From assembly GCA_021735655.1 (NCBI GenBank), contig JAIPGM010000009.1:4976-68975 (forward strand): a stretch of DNA of 64,000 nucleotides, read 5' to 3'. This document shows positions 58,001 to 64,000 of this stretch, piece after piece (the first letter of the stretch is position 1; the number at the start of each line of letters is the position of its first letter). The stretch comes from Candidatus Omnitrophota bacterium (GTDB taxonomy: Bacteria; Omnitrophota; Gorgyraeia; Duberdicusellales; 4484-171). The notes under the pieces were generated by a model. That model searched no databases and was not told where the DNA came from. It saw only the letters and a list, made by a program, of their open reading frames with translations. Both the position numbers and the translations under genes were made by a program.

Positions 58001-60017
58001 TTCCTGAACCACCGCTACGAGCAAGCACAACATTATGCCAAGACCCATCAGCTATATTAACAGAACCATCGTCTGCATCGTTATTGATCCAGCTTCGAGC
58101 TTGACCATTATGATTTTCCAGGGTATAGCCAGAACCTGCTCCAGGAGTAGCACCAGCCAAACCAATATAATCCTCTGACTGATTTCCCTTATACCAGGTT
58201 TCAATGGTAAAATCGCCTGTTCCTAAACCAAGACCATTCCCAATATCAATAAAGCTACTTCCATCAAAATCAGCTGCATTACCCATTTCTCCATCAACGA
58301 GGGTTGTACCGTTATTTGTTCCATCGTTACCGTTAGCTGTTGAATCATTGTAGTCATTCATATGATGAACCATTAGATAACCATTGCTCCAAACATCGGT
58401 TGAATCGTTTTCCGGTGCGCCATAACTAGCGAAAGCAAAATTCTCGGAAGGTAAGTTTGTGTTATCGTCATGATACATTGAAAAAGTGGTAGTAAGGCTA
58501 TCACTTACGCTATCTAATTTAACCCAAATAAAAGCTTCCTGAGTTCCACTGTTCCAACTTTCAATTTCGTAAGAAAGCACTTTTCCGTCAGGCCCGACAA
58601 AACGCACGTCAGAACCATCGACTTGAGCTTGAGAAAAATCAAAATTACTGCTATCTAATTTTATTAAAACTGGGAAATCGGTAAGGGTGGAGTCAATGAG
58701 GCTTGGGTCAATAGTAAAATTCTCTTTATAACGCCAAGCCGGAGCAATCATCACATCATTGGTCGCCTCGATATTAATATCCTTAGCCGAAGATATTGCC
58801 CGAACAGTTACGTCGTAACCGCTAATATTAACGTCACCTGAAGTAATACTGGTTGTAATAATAAAACCGAAATCTTGGAAAAAGTCACCAGTACCATTAC
58901 CATCATTATCGGCCCTAAAAGTTAAACTTCCATCATTTCCAGTAATGTCGCCTTTAACGACTATGTGTTCATTATCAAGCCAGGTTTGATTACCGGTATA
59001 AGTACCGCCATATATATAGGTATGGCCATCGTTCATGTTATAAATACCTTCAGCGGCATTAATCGTGCCAGAAAAATCAGCGCCTTGAGAATCAACGGTT
59101 ACAGTGCCGCCTTCGGCGTTAATTACACCAGCTACTTTAACTCTTTGATTAGCCTCAAGCCTTACTATACCTTTTGTATTATTTAAAACGTTAGCTTCAA
59201 TTATTCCTTCATTATTAACCAACTGATCAAATAAACCATCTAAAGACTTAGCAGTAAGTAAAACTAATCCACCATCAGCGCTAATAGTTCCGGTATTTTT
59301 AACGGCACTTATACGATCGCTAAGGTTCTGACTTAAGGCTTGATTAACTACCGCTGAAACTATACCAGCAGCATCTAATTTTACGGTTATCTCTTCTCCG
59401 GCTGCTAATACTACGCTACCCAACTCAGCAGTGATCGTTCCGACATTTTCTACACCACCGCTACCGCCCAGGAGACCAACAAAACCACCGGGAGAGTTTA
59501 ACGTTCCTTGGTTAACCACACTTCCATTGCCAGCACCAGAAAAATTAAATGAATTGTCACCGTCTAGGAAATCACTATCGGTGATATCAAGAGTGGAAGC
59601 AATTAAACCAGCAGTGTCAACCTGTGAGTTAGCACCAAAAAGTATCCCATTGGTATTAATTACAAAAACTCTTCCATTGGCACTTAAGCGACCCATAAGA
59701 TGAGAACCGTATCCAGACATATCTCTATTCATTAGTATTGATTGAGACGTAGGCTGAGAGACATCAACTCTGGCGTTTGCACCGATACTAAAACCCAACC
59801 CACCATTTTCTCCATGCCAATTTATAATAGCTGAATCAGTGCTTTGCCCAATTCCCAGCTGAGCTGGCGCATAGTTTAAAGAAATCCCCCCGGAAACTAT
59901 CTCAGCCCCCTGAGGTAGTTGGTCCACCGGGACTTGGCTAAAACCATATTGTGGACTAAAGATAAAACTGACTAAAATAAGCAGAGACACAGCTTTAAAA
60001 AATTTACTTTTTCTCAT
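49044..60017 (-). CDS. Giant two-partner-secretion exoprotein (TpsA / filamentous-haemagglutinin-like adhesin), 3657 aa
   Basis: Sec signal MRKSKFFKAVSLLILVSFIFSPQYGFSQ. TPS domain with GRLSANGRVFVINTNGILFG (haemagglutination-activity-domain NPNGI-like motif) at about 59300..59930. DUF2341-like (FTIDPSLIDSTLTDFPVLIKL...DGSDVRFVGPDGKVLSYEIESW) plus LamG/ConA-like module at about 57860..58740. Thousands of residues of Asn/Asp/Thr/Ser-rich beta-helix repeats. C-terminal tandem repeat families (see repeat features). Confidence 0.75.
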   Translation of the reverse strand: MRKSKFFKAVSLLILVSFIFSPQYGFSQVPVDQLPQGAEIVSGGISLNYAPAQLGIGQSTDSAIINWHGENGGLGFSIGANARVDVSQPTSQSILMNRDMSGYGSHLMGRLSANGRVFVINTNGILFGANSQVDTAGLIASTLDITDSDFLDGDNSFNFSGAGNGSVVNQGTLNSPGGFVGLLGGSGGVENVGTITAELGSVVLAAGEEITVKLDAAGIVSAVVNQALSQNLSDRISAVKNTGTISADGGLVLLTAKSLDGLFDQLVNNEGIIEANVLNNTKGIVRLEANQRVKVAGVINAEGGTVTVDSQGADFSGTINAAEGIYNMNDGHTYIYGGTYTGNQTWLDNEHIVVKGDITGNDGSLTFRADNDGNGTGDFFQDFGFIITTSITSGDVNISGYDVTVRAISSAKDINIEATNDVMIAPAWRYKENFTIDPSLIDSTLTDFPVLIKLDSSNFDFSQAQVDGSDVRFVGPDGKVLSYEIESWNSGTQEAFIWVKLDSVSDSLTTTFSMYHDDNTNLPSENFAFASYGAPENDSTDVWSNGYLMVHHMNDYNDSTANGNDGTNNGTTLVDGEMGNAADFDGSSFIDIGNGLGLGTGDFTIETWYKGNQSEDYIGLAGATPGAGSGYTLENHNGQARSWINNDADDGSVNIADGSWHNVVLARSGGSGSLYVDGAGDNIGFATSSGDVDTATDFMIGGWGDTNYLTEGQIDEVRVSNVARSDAWLKASYEVGSDPLGATSTTVTTGLSGVNVNINSSDGAVVDANSATTPDITADSLSISAAQGIGSGDALETQVSNLEALNTISGNIEIDNTGDLTIAGSGVNNIGGAVDISTASPLTVNSDVLALGDISLAAAGADGDLSVNAAVDSSAGNVGLDAGRDLAISQTGSVVTDGGDIDLTAAQDAYVTRVSTDGTFTGSAIPALGTVTVTAGGNINDAYDSGNAVDGIDKVAGGITNFDISANTIDFNAGGDIGFGTNGALELRSNNMSITAQRAAMYHAGAMHFGGFDGDSFSLINSGDLWLDGAITTNNGLIDIAVVDDPNLYVNALINSGGGDVILAAVGDIIHSSGGDVYTGGGSFTGSADSDGDTTGFYDLQNGSVIDTTGATDGEVYISADDINVDGIVDAGTADITIAPSAAQTIALAAHLAYGQFRLSNDEIYNLITSGFINIGSSSAGTITINNLDQPGLKFKLISSGDVQEQGSGDIGTDIVADTLAFDVDGNVGLAGLGNGIETEIETLEGRVGGLINLNELTDLAINQLIATDVILLTMGYDVYPFNFTGSIIGNSGFGPNIISDTAILDAKTSIDLKTRIGSLSAQVRDPDSSGDITIRNKGAIALNDLPGWGYAVKNFGSGNIDITTGSPMTVNADVVGNSDVSLAANGSGPGADMTVNADVISLGSGTVNVHADNDLVHNTGTIGTRGIVNVSAGNGSGNDTLTMNGDALIHGATVNVSADDYMEMNNTSSITGTDIFVNVGDGAGPDNFTMNNRSSISGTNVTIDVANLMRMYNTSAINATNARIDAFGLGMHNNSSIEARIVDVNLDADLRMFNNADILGTAWVDVDAQRDVLMNNNSTIRSGRLVDIYAAQDLIMSQSSALLSDGSINVVTGRDTIMNGSSDMTAGYDVNIDADGQVVVSNSTVTAGHDANINAVGNISLGVINAGDNIRLTSSAGDILDTNGNRINLTAPNLYMNAAGTIGVPGDHIDTNVDDIWQAIALGGDVWINELDGVNLWDIQALGSVVDIITGGDTYAYSVLATGSGPADDAVINLDVNSGTLFVDGTIEAFRAGDGNALITADADNGISVYDSSVIDAWVNGNGNASVSLTTPGRGISIRDNSLIRSRVRGGGDATVIANATNGLVSIVDSDILARIGLDGDASIDVDAGTNVTVTDSDITSTVVGTGNASVDLTAGNMIADGTLTIDPSLISASALNGTASVVLRSAGPLQVLDSTVSAAIGNDGDAEVSLLTHGPIASQTVDNSTIEATVGNDGDSTVFFGTSGNTAIQNNSIVRAFTAGNGDTTTTVRAWQGIDVVDSTVSAITQGTGDANVELSAGLHADGIMINFPDPDLYNSTFHGADLNINDSSTVSAQTGTGNAEVFAEGENISVANSTVSSNVTGNGNATVKMVAGDWTTPYEPVPPTSGTLENGDLTITDSTVSATVEGDGDASVDLSAGDNIAIDTSYITASVLNGNAYVDISTENGDITIDDSEVKAIVSNTGHAEIDIDAASDVFLNNSDLLSQVLDGVASAIITIDAGDNIGLTNSRVAATSINNGPANVEFHAGKNIGLRDGSVVRANSFGNYLARIFFDANDDIRVIDSRVVTNELNLGGLSRIRFDANRIGLLRSDVIARALGASAWINLLADNDIVIKDSLVSAFSKLAPSSDGGAYIGIHSDLGNVTVDNSTVRAIDPPSDTGVASVNITAGNDLIVKNDSLVRAINYLDGESRVNLQADHDIKIEDSTVEAILEGKGQATVNAQADNNIEVTRSTVLAKVELEDSNIDLDGEDLTAEVNLSADEDVKIASSDVKAEVRISADERVEIQDSDIKATVNIEAEDDVEITNDGGKTIGSLIDIVVNNASNWWNDVIINSSLVKSLVDITADDKIEVTGETVESTVNIASGDDVKISESTIEAETELVADDRLEITDSDILATVAIDAEDDVEITEGETTVKAEIDLVAGGWSGDNDSNWSDLVIEDSTVKSLVDVTADDKIEVTDETIESEVTLKSSDDVKITDSTIEAELELVAQDRLQIESSDILATIEIEAQDDVEITNAEGETIKAEIDLVAGGWSGDNDSNWSDLVIEESTVKALVDVTAEDTIEVTGETIESEVTLKSSDDVKSIDSHIESEVELKADERMEIVNSNVLATVDIDAEDDVEITNGDDVDTVKSEIDLVVGGWDPEEGNWWNDLIIQDSTVKSTIDIEAGENIEVTDETIEAQVDIVSADDVKISSSTVKSEINLEADERVEIQDSDIKATVNIEAEDDIEVDTGHVEAYTDYGYALVGNDGDATVNLEAGDNTTITDSTLEALVGNDGDATINVLAANDITIDPSTLAASVVNDGDATVNLAADKGNIEVIESTVIASVGNDGDATILSVAGNSTTITDSTLEALVGNEGIALVDINTLNDVNISNSDITADVDGEGHAEIGVTAQDGEINVTNGSTILAQALSGSDTALVELFANLGVNITDSTVSAEMIGDGDARATLISGNGDVTLANSSISASVGGTGSSEVDIYAWEGNIYGDATSLVSADFAGLLARHNIGTSASPFMTAVDYLSAYSWDVGNIYVNELDSITLGTLTEDAGTLYGLSVAANNGIINVSSGGDMTVNSVIAPRGGVYLESRTGSIYAGTGWDPSGVQPDVTTGPDTVNDFARALPMDLTGTPWSTDGGIDVFSHYVVDPVSGPNVIAGSYSYFSTPEGTIGIGNAGVPVDADNFYNPLNVNIQAVDLDPSKWAVPAGFTPVAGLTLEIGGAAPGFTLAGPSGTLGVSGAIEGIVRPGVTAVTGVFPSPDIDLTNVTPPGYIFYDDTDTRGASPLFGPAAANLGPQQIWPDFLPEFDGAQFLASILRDSRTYYELMANYRFSTVTPVRSTDFYAYHPLTVTDESGFDGISLDSGAYEFIEQNINLKGTLAPYFGGKDDDEKKKKKATDL
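50560..51010. repeat. Tandem about-72-nt (24-aa) coding repeats inside tpsA
   Basis: Near-identical DNA blocks, for example GCTTCCAAGGTTGAATCAGTAATTGT at 50640-50700 and again at 50881-50940. Protein repeat DSTLEALVGNDGDATVNLxAG, five or more copies. Confidence 0.6.
51040..52400. repeat. Tandem about-324-nt (108-aa) coding repeats inside tpsA, four or more copies
   Basis: AATTACCAGGTCGCTCCAGTTGCTGTCATT recurs at 51591 and 51915. TTTGATGTCGCTGTCTTGGATTTCGACTCTTTCATCAGC recurs at 51080 and 52361. Protein repeat ...DSTVKSLVDVTADDKIEVTDETIESEVTLKSSDDVKITDSTIEAELELVAQDRLQIESSDILATIEIEAQDDVEITN.... Confidence 0.65.
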
Positions 60018-60270
60018 TTAAACCCTCCAGGTTTTTTATTTGATATTGTTTTGACTATTTGTTTCATTTACCCTGATTTATAAGATAAAAAAAGACAAAC
60101 TGTAAGCGGTTACAGTTGATATTAATATGTAACATATTTTTTCTGAAAATTCAAGGAAACAGACATTTTTTCTCGTATTCCCGCTACGCTAATTTGAAGG
60201 GTTGCTTAAAGGCAAGCCCCATGGTTTTTCCCGGAACCACTGTCTTTCCTAGTTCGCTTACACCAAGCTC

Positions 60271-62001
60271 CTAGAAAAGTACAGAAAGTTCAAACCACTC
60301 CTGATGGTCCTCATTGTCTGACGACTCTACCCCTAAAGGATAGCCTACTTCAACCCTGGCTGAAATATCATTGCTCAGGTTAAATCGAAAGCCAAAGCCA
60401 GCGCTTTTAAGGGTGCGGTGTTTCTTGTCGCCAGTGAGAACTTTATTAAGATGAACAGTTCCCCAGTCATAAAACAGAACTGTTCGGAGTGCGTCATGAA
60501 AAGTATCTTTTTTAGTGAATGGCACCTTCCAGCCCTTAGGCATTAAATAGCAAGGAAATGACCATTCAAAACTTGAATAAAGACCTCGGTCACCGGCATA
60601 TTCGGCAACCGGATAACCACGCACAGTAGCCGGACCACCAATTTGGAATTGCTCAGAAGCAACTAGATTGTAGTTTGAAAATTGAGCCTGGTTCTTAACT
60701 AAAAACGATGAACCAAAAGGCCCGGCTTGTAATCTAAATAAATTAAAGACGCCTTTATAGAATTTTCCGCCGCCACCAGTACGGCTTGCACTGGGGGTAT
60801 CGGTGCTGGAAACCTTAGCAGGCATACCGCCAAGGATATCAGGAACTCCGGCATCAAGTTCAGCAGTAAAGATGTTTCTTCCCCATTTATCACTCATATC
60901 TAGGTCAAAACCGGCCTTAAAGACCCTCAGCTCATCGCGGCTGTCAAGCGAACCTAAAAGGTAGTTCTCAATATTCTTATAGTCAAAGCCAAAATTAAGA
61001 CGTAAATCTAGATTAGGGTTAGAAATAACTTTTTTATTAAGAAATACCCCGTATATCTCAACCTCACCCCTTGAATCAACTACCTCGAATTCTTCACCTA
61101 ACTTTGTTTTGCTCCGAGCAAGATAAAATCCGGTTTCAATGGTGTTGCTAATCGGGATACTGTAGCGGGCTTGCTTTAATTTATAAAGATCGGTCTCAGA
61201 CATCTGTAACTTAAAAAATAACTTATCGTCAAAACCAAAAAGATTGTTGTGCTCGACTGTGAGCGAGTGACGATACTCACCAAGATAGCGAGATGAGTAG
61301 TTGTCATATTCGTATCCAAGGTGAAAAGGAAAGTTATCTTCTACTTCTAAAACAACATCAGTTGTCCCTGGTTCTGCTCCCGGAACTAAAACTACCTTGA
61401 CGGTTCGATCAGGATGTTCATTGATATAAGCTAAAGCATCCTGAAGCTCTGAATAATCAAAAACTTCTCCCGGTGTAACTTTGATCCGTTTCTCAAGTAA
61501 AGATGTTTTAAAATATTTATTTCCACGCATCTCCAATGATCCAAGTAATCCTTCGACTACCCGAATTATTAAAACTCCCTCACGCATCGTTTGTGGCGGG
61601 ATGTAAGCACGTGAAGTCGCGTAACCACGCTTGCGGTATTCATCGGTGATTAAGTCCGTGATCCTCTGCATTGTCTTTAAGGAAATTTTTTTACCTTCAT
61701 GAATTATGGTAATATCCCTAATTACTTCTTCGGGGACAAGCGTCGCACCTTCAACTTTTATAGCCTTGATTAAAACTTTTTCGCCTTCATCTTCAGCGGC
61801 AACATCCTCAGAAGTTAATTCTTCGGCTTTTTTTCGATCGTACTCAATTCTTTCCTGGAGTTCTTTAGAACCCTTTAATTGTTTTTGCTGTTGAGATATT
61901 CCACCGCCGGTTTGTGAAACTGGTGGAGTTTGAGAAAAGGTTGGTAAAGATATAAAAAAGGTAATAATTAAGGCGAGCGCAATTATTTTGCTTTTCAGCA
62001 T
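60271..62001 (-). CDS. ShlB/FhaC/HecB-family TpsB outer-membrane transporter
   Basis: Signal peptide, POTRA-like region (GNKYFKTSLLEKRIKVTPGEVF), a 576-aa C-terminal beta-barrel ending in F, and position directly upstream of tpsA. GAGGAGGG RBS. Confidence 0.7.
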   Translation of the reverse strand: MLKSKIIALALIITFFISLPTFSQTPPVSQTGGGISQQQKQLKGSKELQERIEYDRKKAEELTSEDVAAEDEGEKVLIKAIKVEGATLVPEEVIRDITIIHEGKKISLKTMQRITDLITDEYRKRGYATSRAYIPPQTMREGVLIIRVVEGLLGSLEMRGNKYFKTSLLEKRIKVTPGEVFDYSELQDALAYINEHPDRTVKVVLVPGAEPGTTDVVLEVEDNFPFHLGYEYDNYSSRYLGEYRHSLTVEHNNLFGFDDKLFFKLQMSETDLYKLKQARYSIPISNTIETGFYLARSKTKLGEEFEVVDSRGEVEIYGVFLNKKVISNPNLDLRLNFGFDYKNIENYLLGSLDSRDELRVFKAGFDLDMSDKWGRNIFTAELDAGVPDILGGMPAKVSSTDTPSASRTGGGGKFYKGVFNLFRLQAGPFGSSFLVKNQAQFSNYNLVASEQFQIGGPATVRGYPVAEYAGDRGLYSSFEWSFPCYLMPKGWKVPFTKKDTFHDALRTVLFYDWGTVHLNKVLTGDKKHRTLKSAGFGFRFNLSNDISARVEVGYPLGVESSDNEDHQEWFELSVLF

Positions 62002-62044
62002 AGAGACCCTCCTCGGCTAGTTATTGTTATATATATGATAAAGT

Positions 62045-62072
62045 ATCATATAACTCGCTAAATTTTTGTCAA
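62045..62072 (-). promoter_or_regulatory. Sigma70-like promoter of the tpsB-tpsA operon
   Basis: Minus strand: TTGACA (62072..62067), a 16-nt spacer, then TATGAT (62050..62045). About 36-nt leader to the tpsB ATG at 62001. Confidence 0.5.
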
Positions 62073-62128
62073 GAAATTATTTAAACTGGCAAAAATTGGT
62101 TAAAAAAGGGCTGATTTTTAGGTGAGAG

Positions 62129-62677
62129 CTATTCAGACCAGAAGTGGTTTTTCTTACCAACTTGAGAGTTAATCACAATGTGTTTATCCGGTGCTAATCT
62201 AAGCGGTTCATGAATTGCCCGGTCAAAAGTATAAAGCTCAACATGCTTTCCGTAGCGCTCTTTGATTTTAGCAATAACTTCGACAAAATCAGAGTCTCCG
62301 GAAATTAAAACTGCGGTGTCATACTGATCGGTCACAGCCTTATCAAACATATCCAAAGCAATTTTTACATCTAAACCTTTTTGGGCCCAACCGCCATGAA
62401 TCCGAACTAACCTTCCTAATTTAATTTCAAAATAAGGAATTGATAATTTTAACTCTTTAAAGTATTCTTGCTGCTCCTGGTAAGTCTTGGGATTTTCAAT
62501 CTTGTTAAACTCAGCAGAATAATAGTAACATCTTACTAATCGGCTTTTTCCGACTATCCATTTTATAATATTATTCCACTTTATATCTTTACGTCTTATT
62601 GATGCCCGGGTACCTTTTAAATCTTTCATCTTCTGTACCACATATTCAGCGTCAATAAATATCATTATTCGATTCAT
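62129..62677 (-). CDS. NYN-domain (LabA-like) protein
   Basis: [18 protein letters not shown] and ISGDSDF, the PIN-like NYN acidic residues. Confidence 0.65.
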   Translation of the reverse strand: MNRIMIFIDAEYVVQKMKDLKGTRASIRRKDIKWNNIIKWIVGKSRLVRCYYYSAEFNKIENPKTYQEQQEYFKELKLSIPYFEIKLGRLVRIHGGWAQKGLDVKIALDMFDKAVTDQYDTAVLISGDSDFVEVIAKIKERYGKHVELYTFDRAIHEPLRLAPDKHIVINSQVGKKNHFWSE

Positions 62678-62692
62678 CGCAATCTCCTTTAA

Positions 62693-63082
62693 TTAAGACT
62701 CAGCACCTTCGCTATCAATATTTTTTTCAACCCACTCAACATGGTCGATTGGTGAATTCTTTTTAATATGCACACGCAACTTAGCAGCTGCCTCTGGACT
62801 AATCTTAAGAAATTTTATGCCAGCGATAAAAGGAAATGTAAAATTCTCGGCCTTCTTCGACCAAACTACCTCTCCGATAGCTTTAATCGACTTGTCTACC
62901 TCGCCAAGATAAATTTCCATATCAAGCTTCATGCCAACTTGCAAGAACTGTAAAACCGGCAGGCGCATACCACTCTCGGACACATCATTAGAGTTTGAAG
63001 TCACCAAGCGAAAACTCTTTACCACCTGATAGCTTACCCTTAAAGATTCGCTGATTCTAACTAATTGACGTCTCTCTTTCAT
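62693..63082 (-). CDS. PilZ-domain protein (c-di-GMP binding)
   Basis: ERRQLVR (RxxxR) and DVSESGMRL (D/NxSxxG) motifs. Confidence 0.6.
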   Translation of the reverse strand: MKERRQLVRISESLRVSYQVVKSFRLVTSNSNDVSESGMRLPVLQFLQVGMKLDMEIYLGEVDKSIKAIGEVVWSKKAENFTFPFIAGIKFLKISPEAAAKLRVHIKKNSPIDHVEWVEKNIDSEGAES

Positions 63083-63129
63083 AGGTTTTAATCTACCATA
63101 AAAAAATACCTACAGCAACTAGTATCCAA

Positions 63130-63855
63130 TTACCGACTTCTCAACTTGGCTAAGAGGCGCAAGATTTCAAGATAAAGCCAAATCAAAGTTACCATTAAGC
63201 CAAAGGCTCCGTACCACTCCATATATTTAGGGGCTCCGCTTTCTGCGCCTTTCTCAATAAAATCAAAATCAAGCACAAGGTTTAAAGAAGCAATGACTAC
63301 TACAAAAAGACTAAAACCAATACCCAGTGGACCGCTCTCATGAATAAAAGGTATACGAACTCCAAAAAAGCCCATAACCATACTGACAATATAAAGTAAA
63401 GCAATGCCTCCAGTTGCTGCCACCACTCCTAGCCTAAAATTATCGGTAACCTTAATCAATTTAGATTTATAGGCTAAAAGTAAGCAAAAAAGAACACCAA
63501 AAGTTAAGCCGATGGCTTGAGTTACAATCCCTTGATAAGTCTGTTCAAAAAACGAAGAAATTGCCCCCAAGAATACCCCTTCAACAAGAGCATAAAGCGG
63601 TGCGGTAATCGGCGACCACTCATTTTTAAAAACTGTAACTATCCCTATAATAAGTCCAACGATTGCTGCCGGAATCATAAACCGAGCAGCCTGAAGCGAA
63701 TTGCCCCAGCTCCAAGAAGCAGTAAGTAAAGTAAATAAAAGCAAAACCAAGGTCTTGTTAGTTGTACCCTGAATAGTCATACTTTCTGAAGAACCATAAG
63801 CATAACTCTTAGTAAATGCCTTGCCCCGCAAAGCCGGATTACCTGAACGCATCAT
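63130..63855 (-). CDS. Bax-inhibitor-1/YccA-like membrane protein (BaxI_1 family)
   Basis: MRSGNPALRG N-terminus and about 7 TM helices, typical of PF12811. Confidence 0.6.
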   Translation of the reverse strand: MMRSGNPALRGKAFTKSYAYGSSESMTIQGTTNKTLVLLLFTLLTASWSWGNSLQAARFMIPAAIVGLIIGIVTVFKNEWSPITAPLYALVEGVFLGAISSFFEQTYQGIVTQAIGLTFGVLFCLLLAYKSKLIKVTDNFRLGVVAATGGIALLYIVSMVMGFFGVRIPFIHESGPLGIGFSLFVVVIASLNLVLDFDFIEKGAESGAPKYMEWYGAFGLMVTLIWLYLEILRLLAKLRSR

Positions 63856-64000
63856 AATTTACCTCCTATGTTAATTGTCCAGTATATTCTACTCTCAAAA
63901 TATCAAGCCATTTATCGCAAGCCCTACATTAGGCTGGAGATAAATGGTAAACTTTTTTATCAGATTGTAATTTAAAATTACTAAAATCTTCAAATACCCA

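Noticed and set aside
49429-59703. Numerous plus-strand ORFs inside tpsA, including a 283-aa Ser/Thr/Leu-rich one at 51790..52641
   Set aside because: They are antisense translations of the GAT/GAC/ACT-rich repeat codons. They form long open frames only because of repeat composition. No starts or RBSs, and their periodicity mirrors the sense-strand repeats.
60198-60235. Hairpin GGGTTGCTTAAAGGCAAGCCCC followed by a T-run on the plus strand in the tpsB-tpsA intergenic region
   Set aside because: The T-run is on the plus strand, where no genes are transcribed. On the minus strand the stem is imperfect and lacks a U-tract. It may be an attenuator or a processing site, but the evidence is too weak to call.
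1-64000. Search for tRNA, rRNA, transposase, integrase or CRISPR signatures
   Set aside because: No intergenic region shows cloverleaf-compatible structure with a 3' CCA context, 16S/23S-like conserved blocks, DDE or tyrosine-recombinase motifs, or regular repeat-spacer periodicity.

Overview
This 64 kb window is AT-rich bacterial chromosomal DNA, by eye well under 45% GC. Every credible gene is on the minus strand, about 62 CDSs plus one degraded ispH remnant on the plus strand. All other plus-strand ORFs in the track sit antisense to minus-strand genes and are treated as artefacts. I found no rRNA, tRNA, CRISPR array, transposase or integrase. The genes fall into six blocks:

(i) 1..8700: an anaerobe-type Fe-S/metallocofactor module, apparently driven by a Fur-family regulator with a Fur-box-like operator. 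It holds a radical SAM gene, a small AdoMetDC-like pyruvoyl enzyme, IscU/NifU, two MinD-type ATPases with ferredoxin inserts, two NifB/NifX-like proteins, a ferredoxin and two DUF5320 proteins.

(ii) 9000..19200: envelope, transport and glycan genes, including GH15, GH13 alpha-amylase, MFS, CorA, lipoproteins and a DnaJ-domain protein.

(iii) 19340..24750: the most unusual unit. It is a tight operon encoding a lysine-2,3-aminomutase (KamA) domain fused to a D-Ala-D-Ala-ligase-like ATP-grasp domain, an S66 LD-carboxypeptidase, a second ATP-grasp enzyme and a UPF0316 membrane protein. Immediately upstream sit a LysW-like zinc-ribbon amino-group-carrier protein and a second small acidic-tailed protein. 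I read this as a candidate carrier-protein-mediated beta-lysine pathway.

(iv) 24865..46724: housekeeping and transport genes, including ArsR, DEAD-box helicase, two radical SAM genes, Dus, MMPL, Acr3, FKBP, ZupT, a pilin-like protein, GlnS, a split MetH, Fe-ADH and a PEGA protein.

(v) 46921..47200: an internal-deletion remnant of ispH.

(vi) 47211..62072: a two-partner secretion locus. It has a TpsB transporter and a giant 3657-aa TpsA exoprotein carrying DUF2341 and LamG modules and long tandem beta-helix repeats. NYN, PilZ and BI-1 genes follow.

Several sigma70-like promoters (TTGACA, 16-17 nt spacer, TATAxT) and rho-independent terminators are readable on the minus strand. All family assignments come from reading motifs in the translated ORFs without database searches.
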